DNA of 63,919 bases, filler included, from Reclinomonas americana ATCC 50394 (taxonomy: Eukaryota): the NCBI GenBank assembly GCA_048213135.1. It is 5 parts of 4 records of this genome, joined end to end, with 100 filler letters (N's around TTAATTAATTAA, not from the genome) between each part and the next. Parts side by side here need not be neighbours in the genome. Positions count along the whole stretch, not along the records: positions 16,366 to 42,869 come from PS015349.1; positions 42,970 to 54,754 come from PS015350.1; 3 more parts are not named here. One strand, given 5' to 3'. Below, one piece after another: positions 36,802-49,100 of this stretch. Every line of letters begins with the position of its first letter. Position 1 is the first letter of the stretch. The notes below the pieces were generated by a model. It did not search any database. It was not told the origin of the DNA and was given only the letters and a program-made list of their open reading frames with translations. The position numbers were made by a program, and so were the translations under genes.

Positions 36802-39800
36802 TCATTTGCTTCTCTGCGATCTTCTCTCGGAGGCGGCAACGGCATCATGTGGCTGCTGCTGCTGCTGCTGTTGCTGCAGTTGTTGTTGTTGTTGTTGCTG
36901 CTGCTGTTGCTGATCACGGCGACGTCGACACTCTGCCAACCACTTGAGGGCACCCACCGCAATCTGATCCTCTTCACCAAGCATCGCTCGCCGACCATCC
37001 ACACACTCCACCAGCAGTGCCTCTGCCTCGGCCCATAGTTGCAGCTTCGTGAGCAGAACGCCATAGTTATACATTGTCAACAATGTTCTCCTCTGCCTGT
37101 CACCGAGCACCTCTCGTCGTCCCTCCAAGCACTCACGGTACAATTCAGCGGCGTCTGCCAGTGATTCTGGGGTGTTTTGCTGCTCGAGAGAACAAGCAAG
37201 ATTATTCATCGAAGCAAGAGTGTCCGGATGTCGATCTCCCAGTGATACTTGCCTCAAGCGCAAACACTCTCGGTTCAGTTGAACCCTTTCCACCAGGCGA
37301 CCGAAATCTCGGATACATGTGGCAATATTGTTCATGGAAGACAATGTATGGGGATGCTCAGCTCCAAGAATCAGTCGTCGCATCTCCCAGCATCGTCTAT
37401 CAAGTGGCTCAGCCTCAGAATACTGCTGTCGTTGATAGTGGTACTTGGCCTGTCGGAACAGCGTCCACAGCGAGTCCGGATGACTCTCACCCAGTGTCGC
37501 ACACTGCCGCTCATGACACTGCACCAGTAGCGGTATATTGAGTGAATGGTAAGCACACCACATCAAACACCGCAACGCGTCAATCCTGTCCAGCACAGTC
37601 ATCTCGCCACTGCCATCCCTCTCCCAATCCTCGCACAAATGCCATGCCTGTTGCCACGCAGAATTACACTCACCAGACTGACGAAACAACGCAAACAACC
37701 ACGCTCGACACTTTGTCACCACAATGGCAAACCGTCGTCGTACGTGACTCGATTCAACTCCACCAGCTACTGGTTCTGCACACACCCTCACACGAACCAC
37801 AAGCGAAGTGGCAACTGCTTTGTCGAATCCCACCGAAGGCAGACGTTGCATGCCGTATTGCTCACTAATCCACTCCACCGCCCCACACTGCACCAACAGT
37901 CCATTCACACCAACATTTCTCACCCACATGCCATTGTCCTCACCCAAACGTCGCCACACTGCGTGCAGTACATCGAGCAAGTCACGCGACACCAGCAGCA
38001 ATCCGTCACTGTCATTCTGTGGATCAATACCATTCAGGACACAACAAACGAGTCGCAAAATCAGTTGCTGCGCCCGTGACACTGCATCTCCACACCGTCC
38101 CACAATCCACCCAGCAATCTCGTCGTGCACTCGGTACTCCACCACCACACCACTCCCTCCCACCTGCTCGCCACACAACACGCGAGCCACACTATCTATG
38201 CTGCTACTGACACCCACCGTCACCAGAGTCGACATGCACAGACCCTCCAACACATCCTCCACTCCGCCGTCAACACCACCACCCACCAACTCATTACGGC
38301 GTGCACGCACTCGCTGCTCCTCCTCCTCACTTATCTCATCAAACTGCTGTCCCTCACCAACCATCTCAGGCGCACGCCTTCGCCTCTCCTGCGCCAGCTC
38401 ATGCAGACGCAGTCGACGCACACACTGGACCAACTCAACCAGTCGACTTGCCGCTTCCTCATCTTCACCAACACCATCCACAGCCACTGTCATATCGGGA
38501 ATCACTCGCAACACACCCAGTGCCACTCGCGCAAGTGCCACTGTCACTGGTAAGCCGAGTTCCTTGCACGCCGCGATCAGCACCAACAGACGACGTGCAG
38601 CTGCCGTCTGCGACATCACATTGCGTTCCAGCAGCTGCGACAGTGCATCGCCACCAATGTCACGCAGCACCTCCTCCAGTCGCGCTCCCACCAGTTGTGC
38701 TGCTGATTGTGACAGCAACCAGCTGCACGATGAACAAGGGAAGAGGAGAGAAGAGTGAGTCTTCCCATCCGCACCACTCTCACTCACTCACTGCACTCAC
38801 CCAACACAAGCACTCACTCGCAGTGCGCTCTTCTCCTGCTGTCCACTCTCCAGTGCCTCCACAATCCGTCGTCGCACATCCACCGACACCTTGTGAAGCA
38901 GTCGCTCCTCCACCAGCTGCACAATGTCCTCGTTCTCCACATTCTCCACTCGCACACACTCCACCTCCGCTTCGTGCGTCATCGAGTCACGGATCTCATC
39001 CGCCACTTGTCCGTATCGACTTGTCACCACCACGATCGGTGCCACCAGTCCATCTGCACACAGACACGCACAAGATGCACATCAAGTCATGATCCAACAT
39101 CCAAGCAAGGAGAACTCTCTCACATGACACGCACCCTCATCAGCACACTGAACAACACTCCTCACTTGCTCCGCAGATCCCACATTGTCCAGCACCATCA
39201 CCCCACTCGATGCATGTATCAGCTGTCGCAGGAGACGACGTGCTGGCTCCACCTCGCCACTCGTCAGCAGAGCATCCACTTGACCGGCCATCCTCCGTCC
39301 CTCCACTTCGTCCACTCGCATCTGTGCCGTCACAAAGGCACGCAGACACTCGCCGAGAGCACTCTCCGCCTGCAGCATGTGGCACGGACAAAGAGAGAGA
39401 GTTAGAATGACAGGGAGATGAAGCAACATGAATTACAACATGCACGTTCCTCAACACGCCTTCACATGCTCCCTCGCATCACCCACATGACCACGCATCT
39501 CCACCGACACGGCCGATCCCTTCCATTGACGAGTGACTTGCAACTCCGTCACTAGCAGCTCAGCGAGGAACGACTTGCCAGTGCCACCATCGCCCGTCAG
39601 CACCACCATGATTGGATGATGCGCTGTGCATGAATCATCCACCACAGACAACATGATAAGACACACGAATGTGGAGAGGGAAGAGGAGAAAGAGTAGGAA
39701 GCCCCAACCTTCCACAGCATCCACGATGCGCGTGGCGAGTGAGGCTGCCAGTGCGCGCCGACTGGGGAAGCGGAATGTGGTCACAGGATTGACGGTGCGG

Positions 39801-41241
39801 GCAATGAGTGCTGTCTTGCGTGGGTGACTGCTGTCTGGTGCTGTGTGGCAAAGAGAGAGTGAGCAGAGCAATGCACAATGCAATGAAGATCAACCGCGGA
39901 ACACACCTGCAGCAGAGGGAGAAGTGGGTGATATGCTTATTGTGTCAAGCCGTTGGTGCACACGCTCCATCTCACCACGCATCTGATCAATCGCATGCAA
40001 GTGAGAAACAGAGAGCCATCTGCAAGTGCCAGCCTCCTCACGCATCCTTACTCAACTTGCTCCATGTGTGCTAGCAGCAACGACTGGTCTGCTTGACTCA
40101 GTGCACCTGCATTCACACACAACAAAGGCAGCATCAGCTTTCACCTTCAATCAAATCACATACACACAAGCACGAGCCATCTTTCTCCTCCCACTCACCA
40201 TCACGAGCCTCATTCAGCTGCACCACCAATTCTTCCTCCACATCCCTGCCAACTTGCAGTCGCCGCACAAGCTGATGCAACTCGCCCTCTCCTCCTCTGT
40301 CTCCCAGCAGAGGCACAAAGTGTGCACGAGCTCGTGCGGGACTCGTCTGCTCAAACACCTCCCGCATTCGCTCAATCGCATTGCGCTGTGTGACAACGAG
40401 AAAGTGAGAGACATGATCCCAGAGAGAGATCACACTCCTCCTCCTCCTTCCATCTCCTTCTCATTCTCACACACTCACCACATCACCAGCTGGAATCAGA
40501 CGATCCGGCTCGTCTCTCGGGTGCTCTCGATGACCCGCCAGCAGCAGGATCGAGCAGCACAGCATTGCATCAAACGAGCAGCAGTCGTGCAGCTGGCCTC
40601 GCTGGTGCCACTCGTGCACCGTCTGCTGCTCCTTCTCGCTCAACTGGACACACATGTCCACTCCGTCTGGCATAGTGCTGCATGTGGGGAAAGGCACAAT
40701 GAAAGAGAATGCTGGTGAGTGAGGGAGGTGAGTGACAAGAAAGAGGGGGGATTCATCAGGGATAGAATGTGGAGACGAGTGGTGAGACGATGAAGAGAGG
40801 GAGAGCATGGAGAAAGGGATGCCAGTAATCTGCCATTTGCTTGTGGCAATCTTTTCTCTTCTCTCATTCTCTTCTCTCATCTGCATCTTGCCATCGTGTG
40901 CTTCCCCATCCTTCCCACACACTCACCGCACATCACGCTCACTCGGCGCCTTGCACCACTCGGCGATATGATTCACACCGGGATACGAATCGAGAAACGC
41001 CGGCAGCACTTGCTCGAGCTTGGATTGCAGAGCGCGGGTGCATGGACGAGATAGGGCTCTGGCAAGGCGAATCATGCATTCCTCATCACCAGCATCGTGA
41101 TGATGACTGCATGAGGAGGAGAGAAGGAGAGTGACAGGGAACGAATCAGACACAACGTGAGTATGATGCTGATGATGCATCTGACAACAACACAATGAGA
41201 GAGACACGCAACTCACGCGGCACTCCACTCCCACTCGCCAT
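36802..41241 (-). CDS. NLR-like STAND protein copy 3 (HEPN-like/NB-ARC/TPR/polyQ), apparently intact but with the CaaX Cys codon changed to TGA
   Basis: About 10 exons splice in frame from MASGSGVPR. Motifs VVLTGDGGTGKS, VMVLDNVGSAEQV, VVVTSR and GLPVTVALA, then TPRs. Ends AGC AAA TGA TCA TTG ATG TGA. One GC donor (HVK|gcgtgt). Confidence 0.8.
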
Positions 41242-41803
41242 GATGATGTGTCACAACAAGAAGAACAACAACAGCACACTGACAGATGCACAGGGGAATG
41301 ACACGCTCTCTCTCTCTCTCAGGCACAGTGAGAAGCGGAGAAATGCAACAACTCTCTCTCTCTTTCTCTCCTTTCTCTCTTGCTCACACACGGGGAATGA
41401 TACTGACACAGAACGAGAACAGAGAACACACAAGCTGACTTCTGCTCACAGCAGCAACAGCAACAGAACTTGTTGCCAACCAAACAAATGAACCACTGAA
41501 GTCCAGTCTCTCTTCCCTTCTCCGCTCTCATGAGCCGCGCCACTCACGACAGACGATGATGATGACGATGATGATGAACCCGAGTCACTGCTGGCACGCA
41601 AACGACACATTCGCATGCCCACGCCGCCTCTTCCACCAATGCTTCCCTCGCCTGCTCCCGTGCTGCTGCCTCCACCGCCAGTGCTGCCTCCAATGGGTTT
41701 GTCTGTGTGCACAGAGAGAGAGAGAGAGAGAGAGAGAGCAAGGAAGAAGAGGATGTTGCTCTTTTTCCTCTGTTCTCTCTCCCCCTCTCTTTCTCTGATA
41801 CAG

Positions 41804-42718
41804 CCTCGTCGGTGGCATTGTCAGCGCCGCCTGACTCGGCATCTTCTCATGGACGATCCTCTCGATGAACCGCGCGATCTTTCAGCGTGCGTTCGAGCTT
41901 GGCCGAGTTGGTGATGAGCTTCCCAAAGATCTTCAACCTGCTGATGGACCTGGACGAGGTGCCTGTGCATCCGCGAGATCAGCAAGCACACACCCGAACT
42001 GGCGCAACTGGTGGCGTCTTCGGGTGCTCTCTCGGAGTCATTGTCGACTACGTGGGCGAGACCAAGGGCAACAACCGCCTGCCGGGCATCATGTGACTCT
42101 CGGCTACATTGCCGCCTTCCCCGACGCCCTCGCACAACACGTGACTGCCACTCGGAGAAGGAGGATCACCTGCGTATCTGGTCACTGGGTCAGATTAGTC
42201 GCCACTCGTTCGAAGCACTCCAAGGCCGTGACCGACGCCGAGGTGTTGCCGCTGCTGCTCGATGCGTTCCTCGATCCGCAATCGTCGGACGACCTGAAGA
42301 CCAAGGCCAAGCGCGCACTCAAGTCGGTGGTGCAAAAATGCCTCCACTTGCCGGCGCTGCAACCACTGCTCTCGCGCGCTCCCGTCAGCATCCTCACACA
42401 CGTTACTGGCCAGTACGCCAAGGTGCTGCCGGGCGATCGGACAGCAAGACGAGCGTTTGTGTCGGATGGTGGTCTGGAGATGCTGCAGCGCATTTCCGAG
42501 CACGCACCCGAGGGCTCTGAGTTGCAGTTTCGTTGCTCTTCCTCACTGCTCTCCCTCAGTCTTTGCTCGTGTGCTCATGATCATCATGCCCGTGTTACAG
42601 AAAGAACATTGACACGATCAACGCATGCTACCCCGACGAGATTGTCAAGTACTACTCACCCGGCTTCTCCAAGAACTTTGACAAGCTCATTGACAACTAC
42701 GCACCGCCACTCGAGTAA
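41804..42718 (+). pseudogene. SPAG6: COA3-fragment/SPAG6 chimeric pseudogene, copy 3
   Basis: Homologous to the other copies, with frameshifts in the 5' part. Confidence 0.85.
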
Positions 42719-42913
42719 TGATTACCACGACGACAACAACAGTAGCTTGTTGGTTGTTGTTGTGAATGATTGTTTCCTTTTTTCCCGAGAAGTGAAGGCA
42801 ACGGAGAGTGCACATTGTTTCTGTCTGTGTCCTCTCTCGTGTTTGCTTGTTTTGTTGAAGAAGATGTTGNNNNNNNNNNNNNNNNNNNNNNNNNNNNNNN
42901 NNNNNNNNNNNNN

Positions 42914-42925
42914 TTAATTAATTAA
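42914..42925. other. Artificial contig linker TTAATTAATTAA
   Basis: Six-frame-stop linker flanked by N runs. Confidence 0.97.
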
Positions 42926-43025
42926 NNNNNNNNNNNNNNNNNNNNNNNNNNNNNNNNNNNNNNNNNNNNTCTCTCTCTTCCCCCTTTCTCTTCTCCCTCC
43001 TCATTCCCCTCTTGCCAGTGTACGC

Positions 43026-44984
43026 ACCTCCACACCGACTTGTGCGCGACAAACTGCGTGGCACCGCGCGGAATCTCCCCGGCGAGCGCCGTGCGCGACA
43101 AATGGAGTAACCGCACAGGCCGCGGCGTCTCAAACATGTTTTGCACCAGCGCATTGACGTACTCCACATACGGCGCACCATTCCTCCCCAGATCCTCGCT
43201 CTGCACGTCCCTGCCGCGCTCGGGCAGCGGTTGTGCGGCCCACACAAAGAGCGTCTGATTGGTGGCCGTGGACAGCGCCGACGGCGACGGGAACACGTAC
43301 GTGTCGAATCCGTCGCACGGCGGCTCCGGGGTCGACGCGTGGCGCACACCAATCCAGTCGGGCATCGCCGTCAGGCAGTGCGCCGCCAGTCCAAGTGGCA
43401 CCGTGGCTGCCATGTCACCAAACACTTGCCGGGCCTGGAAGTCGCCAGCCAGTGTCGGCGACAGACTCGTGATATCCAAATCGCTCCGACTGCACACCAC
43501 GAGTGAGTAGCCCGCCGCCACCGTGAGGCAGCATTACGCGGCGCTCACCTATCGCGGAACGACGGATTCACACTGAAGCCCAGCTGCTTGCCCACCGACA
43601 ACACCTCCTCCTGTTTCTCCGGCGCCCGCGGCACCTGATGCGCCGTCGCACTATCGCCATACAAATGCAACATGATATGATTGATCGCCTGCGCATTGTC
43701 GCCCTCAAACAGCCGCTGCTGCACCACCTCCAGCGACTCGGGGCACATCTCCACATCCCCGTGCGCATACGTCGCCAGCTCGCTCAACAATGGATGACTG
43801 GTGGCGATGATGGATGAGCATAAGTAGTACGGCAGGCAGTCATCCACCGGAACGAAACATGAGCTTGTGCCGCACAGCCTTGGTGATCCACGTGTACACA
43901 CGACGATTGAATCCCGCTTGTTGCACAGCATCCAAGCACGCACTTGATGATGATGACGGGGATGATGATGGAGGTACGACTGCTGTGCGATGACTCTCAA
44001 CCTCCGAGGCCGAGTTGAGCATACTCTCGGTAAAACCTGTTGTGTAGAGGAATCCCGGGAGAGGAACAGTGAGTGAGTGTGAGAGGCAGGGAGATGGAAG
44101 GAGAGAGAGTGAGTGAGTGAGAGAGANNNNNNNNNNNNNNNNNNNNNNNNNNNNNNNNNNNNNNNNNNNNNNNNNNNNNNNNNNNNNNNNNNNNNNNNNN
44201 NNNNNNNNNNNNNNNNNNNNNNNNNNNNNNNNNNNNNNNNNNNNNNNNNNNNNNNNNNNNNNNNNNNNNNNNNNNNNNNNNNNNNNNNNNNNNNNNNNNN
44301 NNNNNNNNNNNNNNNNNNNNNNNNNNNNNNNNNNNNNNNNNNNNNNNNNNNNNNNNNNNNNNNNNNNNNNNNNNNNNNNNNNNNNNNNNNNNNNNNNNNN
44401 NNNNNNNNNNNNNNNNNNNNNNNNNNNNNNNNNNNNNNNNNNNNNNNNNNNNNNNNNNNNNNNNNNNNNNNNNNNNNNNNNNNNNNNNNNNNNNNNNNNN
44501 NNNNNNNNNNNNNNNNNNNNNNNNNNNNNNNNNNNNNNNNNNNNNNNNNNNNNNNNNNNNNNNNNNNNNNNNNNNNNNNNNNNNNNNNNNNNNNNNNNNN
44601 NNNNNNNNNNNNNNNNNNNNNNNNNNNNNNNNNNNNNNNNNNNNNNNNNNNNNNNNNNNNNNNNNNNNNNNNNNNNNNNNNNNNNNNNNNNNNNNNNNNN
44701 NNNNNNNNNNNNNNNNNNNNNNNNNNNNNNNNNNNNNNNNNNNNNNNNNNNNNNNNNNNNNNNNNNNNNNNNNNNNNNNNNNNNNNNNNNNNNNNNNNNN
44801 NNNNNNNNNNNNNNNNNNNNNNNNNNNNNNNNNNNNNNNNNNNNNNNNNNNNNNNNNNNNNNNNNNNNNNNNNNNNNNNNNNNNNNNNNNNNNNNNNNNN
44901 NNNNNNNNNNNNNNNNNNNNNNNNNNNNNNNNNNNNNNNNNNNNNNNNNNNNNNNNNNNNNNNNNNNNNNNNNNNNNNNNNNNN

Positions 44985-45055
<71 letters not shown>

Positions 45056-45464
45056 TGAGTGACGCATAGAGACGGAAATATGAGTGTGAGAGGGTGAGCG
45101 AGTGAGTGAATGAGAGAAGGAGAGAAAGAGAGAGGAAGAACAACAAGACAAGAGCACAGTGCAACTCTCTCAGAGAGTAAGTATGAGGCAATGAGTGAGA
45201 TCGGACGTCACCTGGTTGCACGACATCCTTTGCAACTAATGAAGCTGCGCCTGTCTCTCTCTTCACTGCTGCTGATGGCGATGAATGCGAAGACGAGGCG
45301 GAAGATGACGAAAGCGTGGAAGGCGATTGTTTGCGTGGCCATGTCGACGATGACGATGCCGAGAAGCGCCATCGTGACAGCGCTGCGCTGTTGCTCATTA
45401 GCACAATGAGTGAGAGGAGTACCAGCGCAATGCCGGCCACTGTCACCAGTGACGGCGCACGCAT
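43026..45464 (-). CDS. Uncharacterised type II membrane/secretory protein (3' partial, gap inside)
   Basis: MRAPSLVTVAGIALVLLSLIVLMS signal-anchor, Ser-rich stem, then GC-rich exons at ~44037-43026. Family not recognised. Confidence 0.65.
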
Positions 45465-45559
45465 CAGGAAGAGAGAGAGTGTCGCAGTGGACAGTGCTCG
45501 CGGGGCTTTGTCTCCTGGTCTTTACACAACGACCACGCAGTCGTTTTTTCGCTTTGGAT

Positions 45560-46050
45560 TGCACAATAGTCTCCCTCTTACTCTTCTGCAGCGGGTAATG
45601 CGAAAAGGCGATCAACGGCGAAGCAGGAGCAAGAATACGGTTCGATGTACAGTAACTGCTCGCCTTACACAACGAAGGCGTTGTCGTTCTTGCGCTTCGG
45701 ATCGCGAAATAGTCTCCCTCTACCTCTTCTCCAGTGTAGGAATGCAAAAGAAGCGATCGACAAGGGAGCAGGAACGAAAAAACGCTTCGGCATTGCAATT
45801 GTCTTCCGGTGATTACACAACGAATTCCCACTCATTTTCTCTCTGTTGATCGCGCCCTGCACGCCCTCATACTCTTCTACAGCGTGTAATTGCAAGAGAA
45901 GCGATCAGCAAAGTCAAGAGCGAGAGAGAGAATTCGCGATCGAACGCTCGAATTAATTCCTGCTCGTTCTTTCTCTGCGGATCGCGAAATGCACTCTTGT
46001 TTACTCTTCTGCAGCGTACAATTACAAGAGGAGAGGTCAGCAACAAGAAA
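45560..46050. repeat. Four degenerate ~140-150 bp tandem units in a divergent intergenic region
   Basis: Core ctcttct(g/c/a)cag.g....aat.(g)caa.a.aa.cgatc at ~45580, ~45724, ~45872 and ~46004. Confidence 0.7.
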
Positions 46051-46102
46051 CAGCTGCGACGGACAGTCGCTGCTCGCTCTGTCCTCATTTGTACTTGATT
46101 CA

Positions 46103-49100
46103 ATGAAGGGCGGTGGAAAGCAAGTGCAACGACGACGAGTGAGCACTCGAGGTACGCCACCCCCCACTCTCTCTATCCACCTCTGTTTGCCTCAGCGGCT
46201 GATTGCGCGCGTCCGTGTGTTTGTTTTTGTGCGTGTGTGTGCGCCATGTGCACATTCACATGCACAGCCCACCCGAGCAGCAGCCCGGCAGTGGCCACTC
46301 CGCCTGCCTCCAAGTGCGTTTCCTCTCTCATCATTATTACACTACATGTGCACATTGCTCATTCGTACTGTGTGCAGAGCGGCTGGTGTGCAGAAGAAGA
46401 GCAAGAAGACTGCTGTCAAGTCCAAGCCCACAGCAGGCAAGGGCAAGAAGAAGCAGTTGGTCGTCCAGTCGTCCTCTGAGGAGGAGGAGGATGAGGCGAG
46501 CGGAGATGACTTTGGCGACATGGAGTTGATGGATGCGGATGGCATTGAGGCGCAGCTGGCCGACATGGGAAGCGATGACTCAGGTCGGGCGATTGCACAC
46601 AGACTAGTCTCTCTCTTTGTGCTCACTGCTCACTGTGCAGAGGATGACTTTATGGAGGAAGTCGATGAGTTTGACACGGATGCGTATGAGGTGCCGCCGG
46701 AGCTCATGGACAGCGATGAGGAAGAGGAGGATGTGGACCCGGATGCGCCCACTCCCGACGCCAAGCAGGCGAAGAAGGCCGCCAAGTCGGGCTTCTCCGA
46801 CGAGAACGCGAAGTGGTTGAAGCCGAAGAAGGGCAAGAAGGCGGCGTTGTTTGACGAGGACGACGATGACGATGAGGACGAGGATGAGGTTGCGGATCAT
46901 GGTGACAGCGATGATGATGATGAGGAAGAGGAGGAGGAGGAGAAGGAGACCAAGTTTGAGCGCAAGGCGCGCAAGCTGGAGGTGGAGATGGAGCAGCAGG
47001 AGAAGGATGCGGCGGCGGAGTTGGAGGAGTCCAAGCAGGCGGAGGATGAGCTGGGGGATTTGATGGATGCGGAGAAGGAGGCGGCGGAAGGTGAATGGAA
47101 AGGGAAAGGGCGGAGAGGGAACGGGGAGCGAAAAGGGAAAGGGAGGGAGATGTGATGGTGTTGGTGCATGGAGACGAGGTGTATTTTGTTGCACTCCTCT
47201 TGCTCCTTTTTTCTCCTGGTCTATTATTTCTTCTCTTCTCTCCCCTTCATCTTCTTGCTTTTCTTCCTTGTTGTGTTGTTCTTCTCCGTCGTGAGTATGC
47301 AGAGACTTGACAGTGAGCCATGCAGAACAAGGTGCGTTGGGCAGAGAAAGACAGAGGTGGTGAGAATGATAACGCTCTAGTTGACGAGAGAGTGAGAGAG
47401 AGAAAGGACGAAAGAAGAGAGGCACAAGCAGGGAGGGCGAGAAAGAGAGCGATGAAGTGAGGGACGCAGCAGGTGGATGCGTGTGTGAAAAAAGGTTCCA
47501 TGGGAGAAGGAGTGTGAGTGCGTGTGTGACAGAGAGAGAGAGAAAGGGAACGGGAAAGGGAAACTGCATAAGTTTCTTCGTGTGGAATGGTAGACTCCAA
47601 GAATGCCGAGGGAGAATGAGAAGTAATGACAACGGACGGAAGAGAAGGAGGAAGAGAGAAATGGGTAAGCTTCAGTCATATTTGGGTGTGGATATGACAG
47701 ACTCTGAGAGTGGCAAGGGAGAGTGTGAATGAGAGAGGGACAAGGAATGAGAGAGAGAGTGTGTGTGAGAAAGGGAAAACTTTAGTGTGTCTGCGTGTGG
47801 AACAGACAGACTCTGAGAGTGCCATGAGAGAAGGTGAATGAGAGAACTTAATGGATCGGAATGAAGGACAGAGAGCAAGGTAGAAACTCCATTTGTATCT
47901 GCGTGTGGAATGCGGGGCCGTATTCTTCCTCATGAGACTCATCATTCCCTTTGCCCTCCATGCAGCCGCCCAGCACGGCCTCCTCATCGAAGATCTGAGC
48001 GTGGTGCAAGATCGCATCCAGCGTGTCATGCTGGTGCTGGCCGATTTCAAGGAGCGCCGCGATCCGAACCGCTCTCGCAAGGAGTACACCGACATGTTGA
48101 AGGTCGGTCCTCCTTTTCCTTTCCCTCCCCCTTTCCTTTTTGCCCACACGCCACTGTGCAGCGCGACCTGGCCACCTACTACGGATACGTGCCGTACCTG
48201 ATTGAAAAGTTCAGCGAGCTGTTCCCGCCGGACGAGCTCATTGAGTTCCTCGACGCCAACGAGCAGCCGAGACCCATCACCATTCGCGTGAACACGCTGC
48301 GCACACGACGACGCGACTTGGCGCAGGCGCTGATTGCGCGCGGTGTCAATGTCGATCCGATTGACAAGTGGTCGAAGGTCGGTCTGCAAGTGTTTGACAG
48401 CCCGGTGCCGATTGGCGCCACGCCCGAGTACCTGGCGGGCCAGTACATGCTGCAGGTATTTGTCTTGTCTCCCAAGAGTTGTGTGCGGAGAGGAGGTGCT
48501 CATAATTTTTGTTGGTGATGAATGCAGAGCGCTTCGTCGTTCCTCCCGGTGCTGGCGTTGCAGCCGATGGAGAATGAGAGAATTCTCGACATGGCGGCGG
48601 CTCCCGGCGGCAAGACGTCCTACATTGGTGAGCGACGGCGATGGAGGAGCGGGGATCTGTGATTTTGTTGACTGACTCACTTTTCGTACTCAGCGGCATT
48701 GATGCGCAACACGGGCACGCTGATTGCCAACGATTCGAGTCGCGAGCGCCTGCGCTCCGTGTCGGCCAACTTGGCGCGCATGGGTTTGTTGTTCATGGAG
48801 CGATGCGTGTCTTTGTCAATCAACTCACTTGGCATGACCCAGGCGTGCACAACACGGTGATTACGAATCTCGACGGCCGCAAGATACCCGAGCACATGAC
48901 GCACTTTGATCGGTGTCTGCTCGACGCCCCGTGCTCCGGCCTCGGTGTCATTTCGCGCGACCCGTCCGTCAAAGTCTCCAAGGTACGAATGGGTGTCGCG
49001 TCTGTTGCAATGTGTGCACAAAGTGCTCATCGATGCGTGCTGCAGACGGATCGCGACATTGTGTTTTGCTCGCAGCTGCAGAAGGAGTTGATCCTCGCCG

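Larger units (their letters stand above)
18151..42869. repeat. Tandem segmental triplication, ~9-9.6 kb unit: NLR-like gene(-), COA3/SPAG6 chimera(+), GT61(+), Cys-rich fragment(-)
   Basis: Homologous NLR ends at 18151, 27783 and 36790, with collinear exons and introns throughout. The third unit is truncated at the contig end. Confidence 0.95.

Noticed and set aside
18151..42869. Triplicated unit as an autonomous transposon or CRISPR-like array
   Set aside because: No transposase, RT, integrase or Rep/Hel ORF, no terminal repeats identified, and no repeat-spacer structure.
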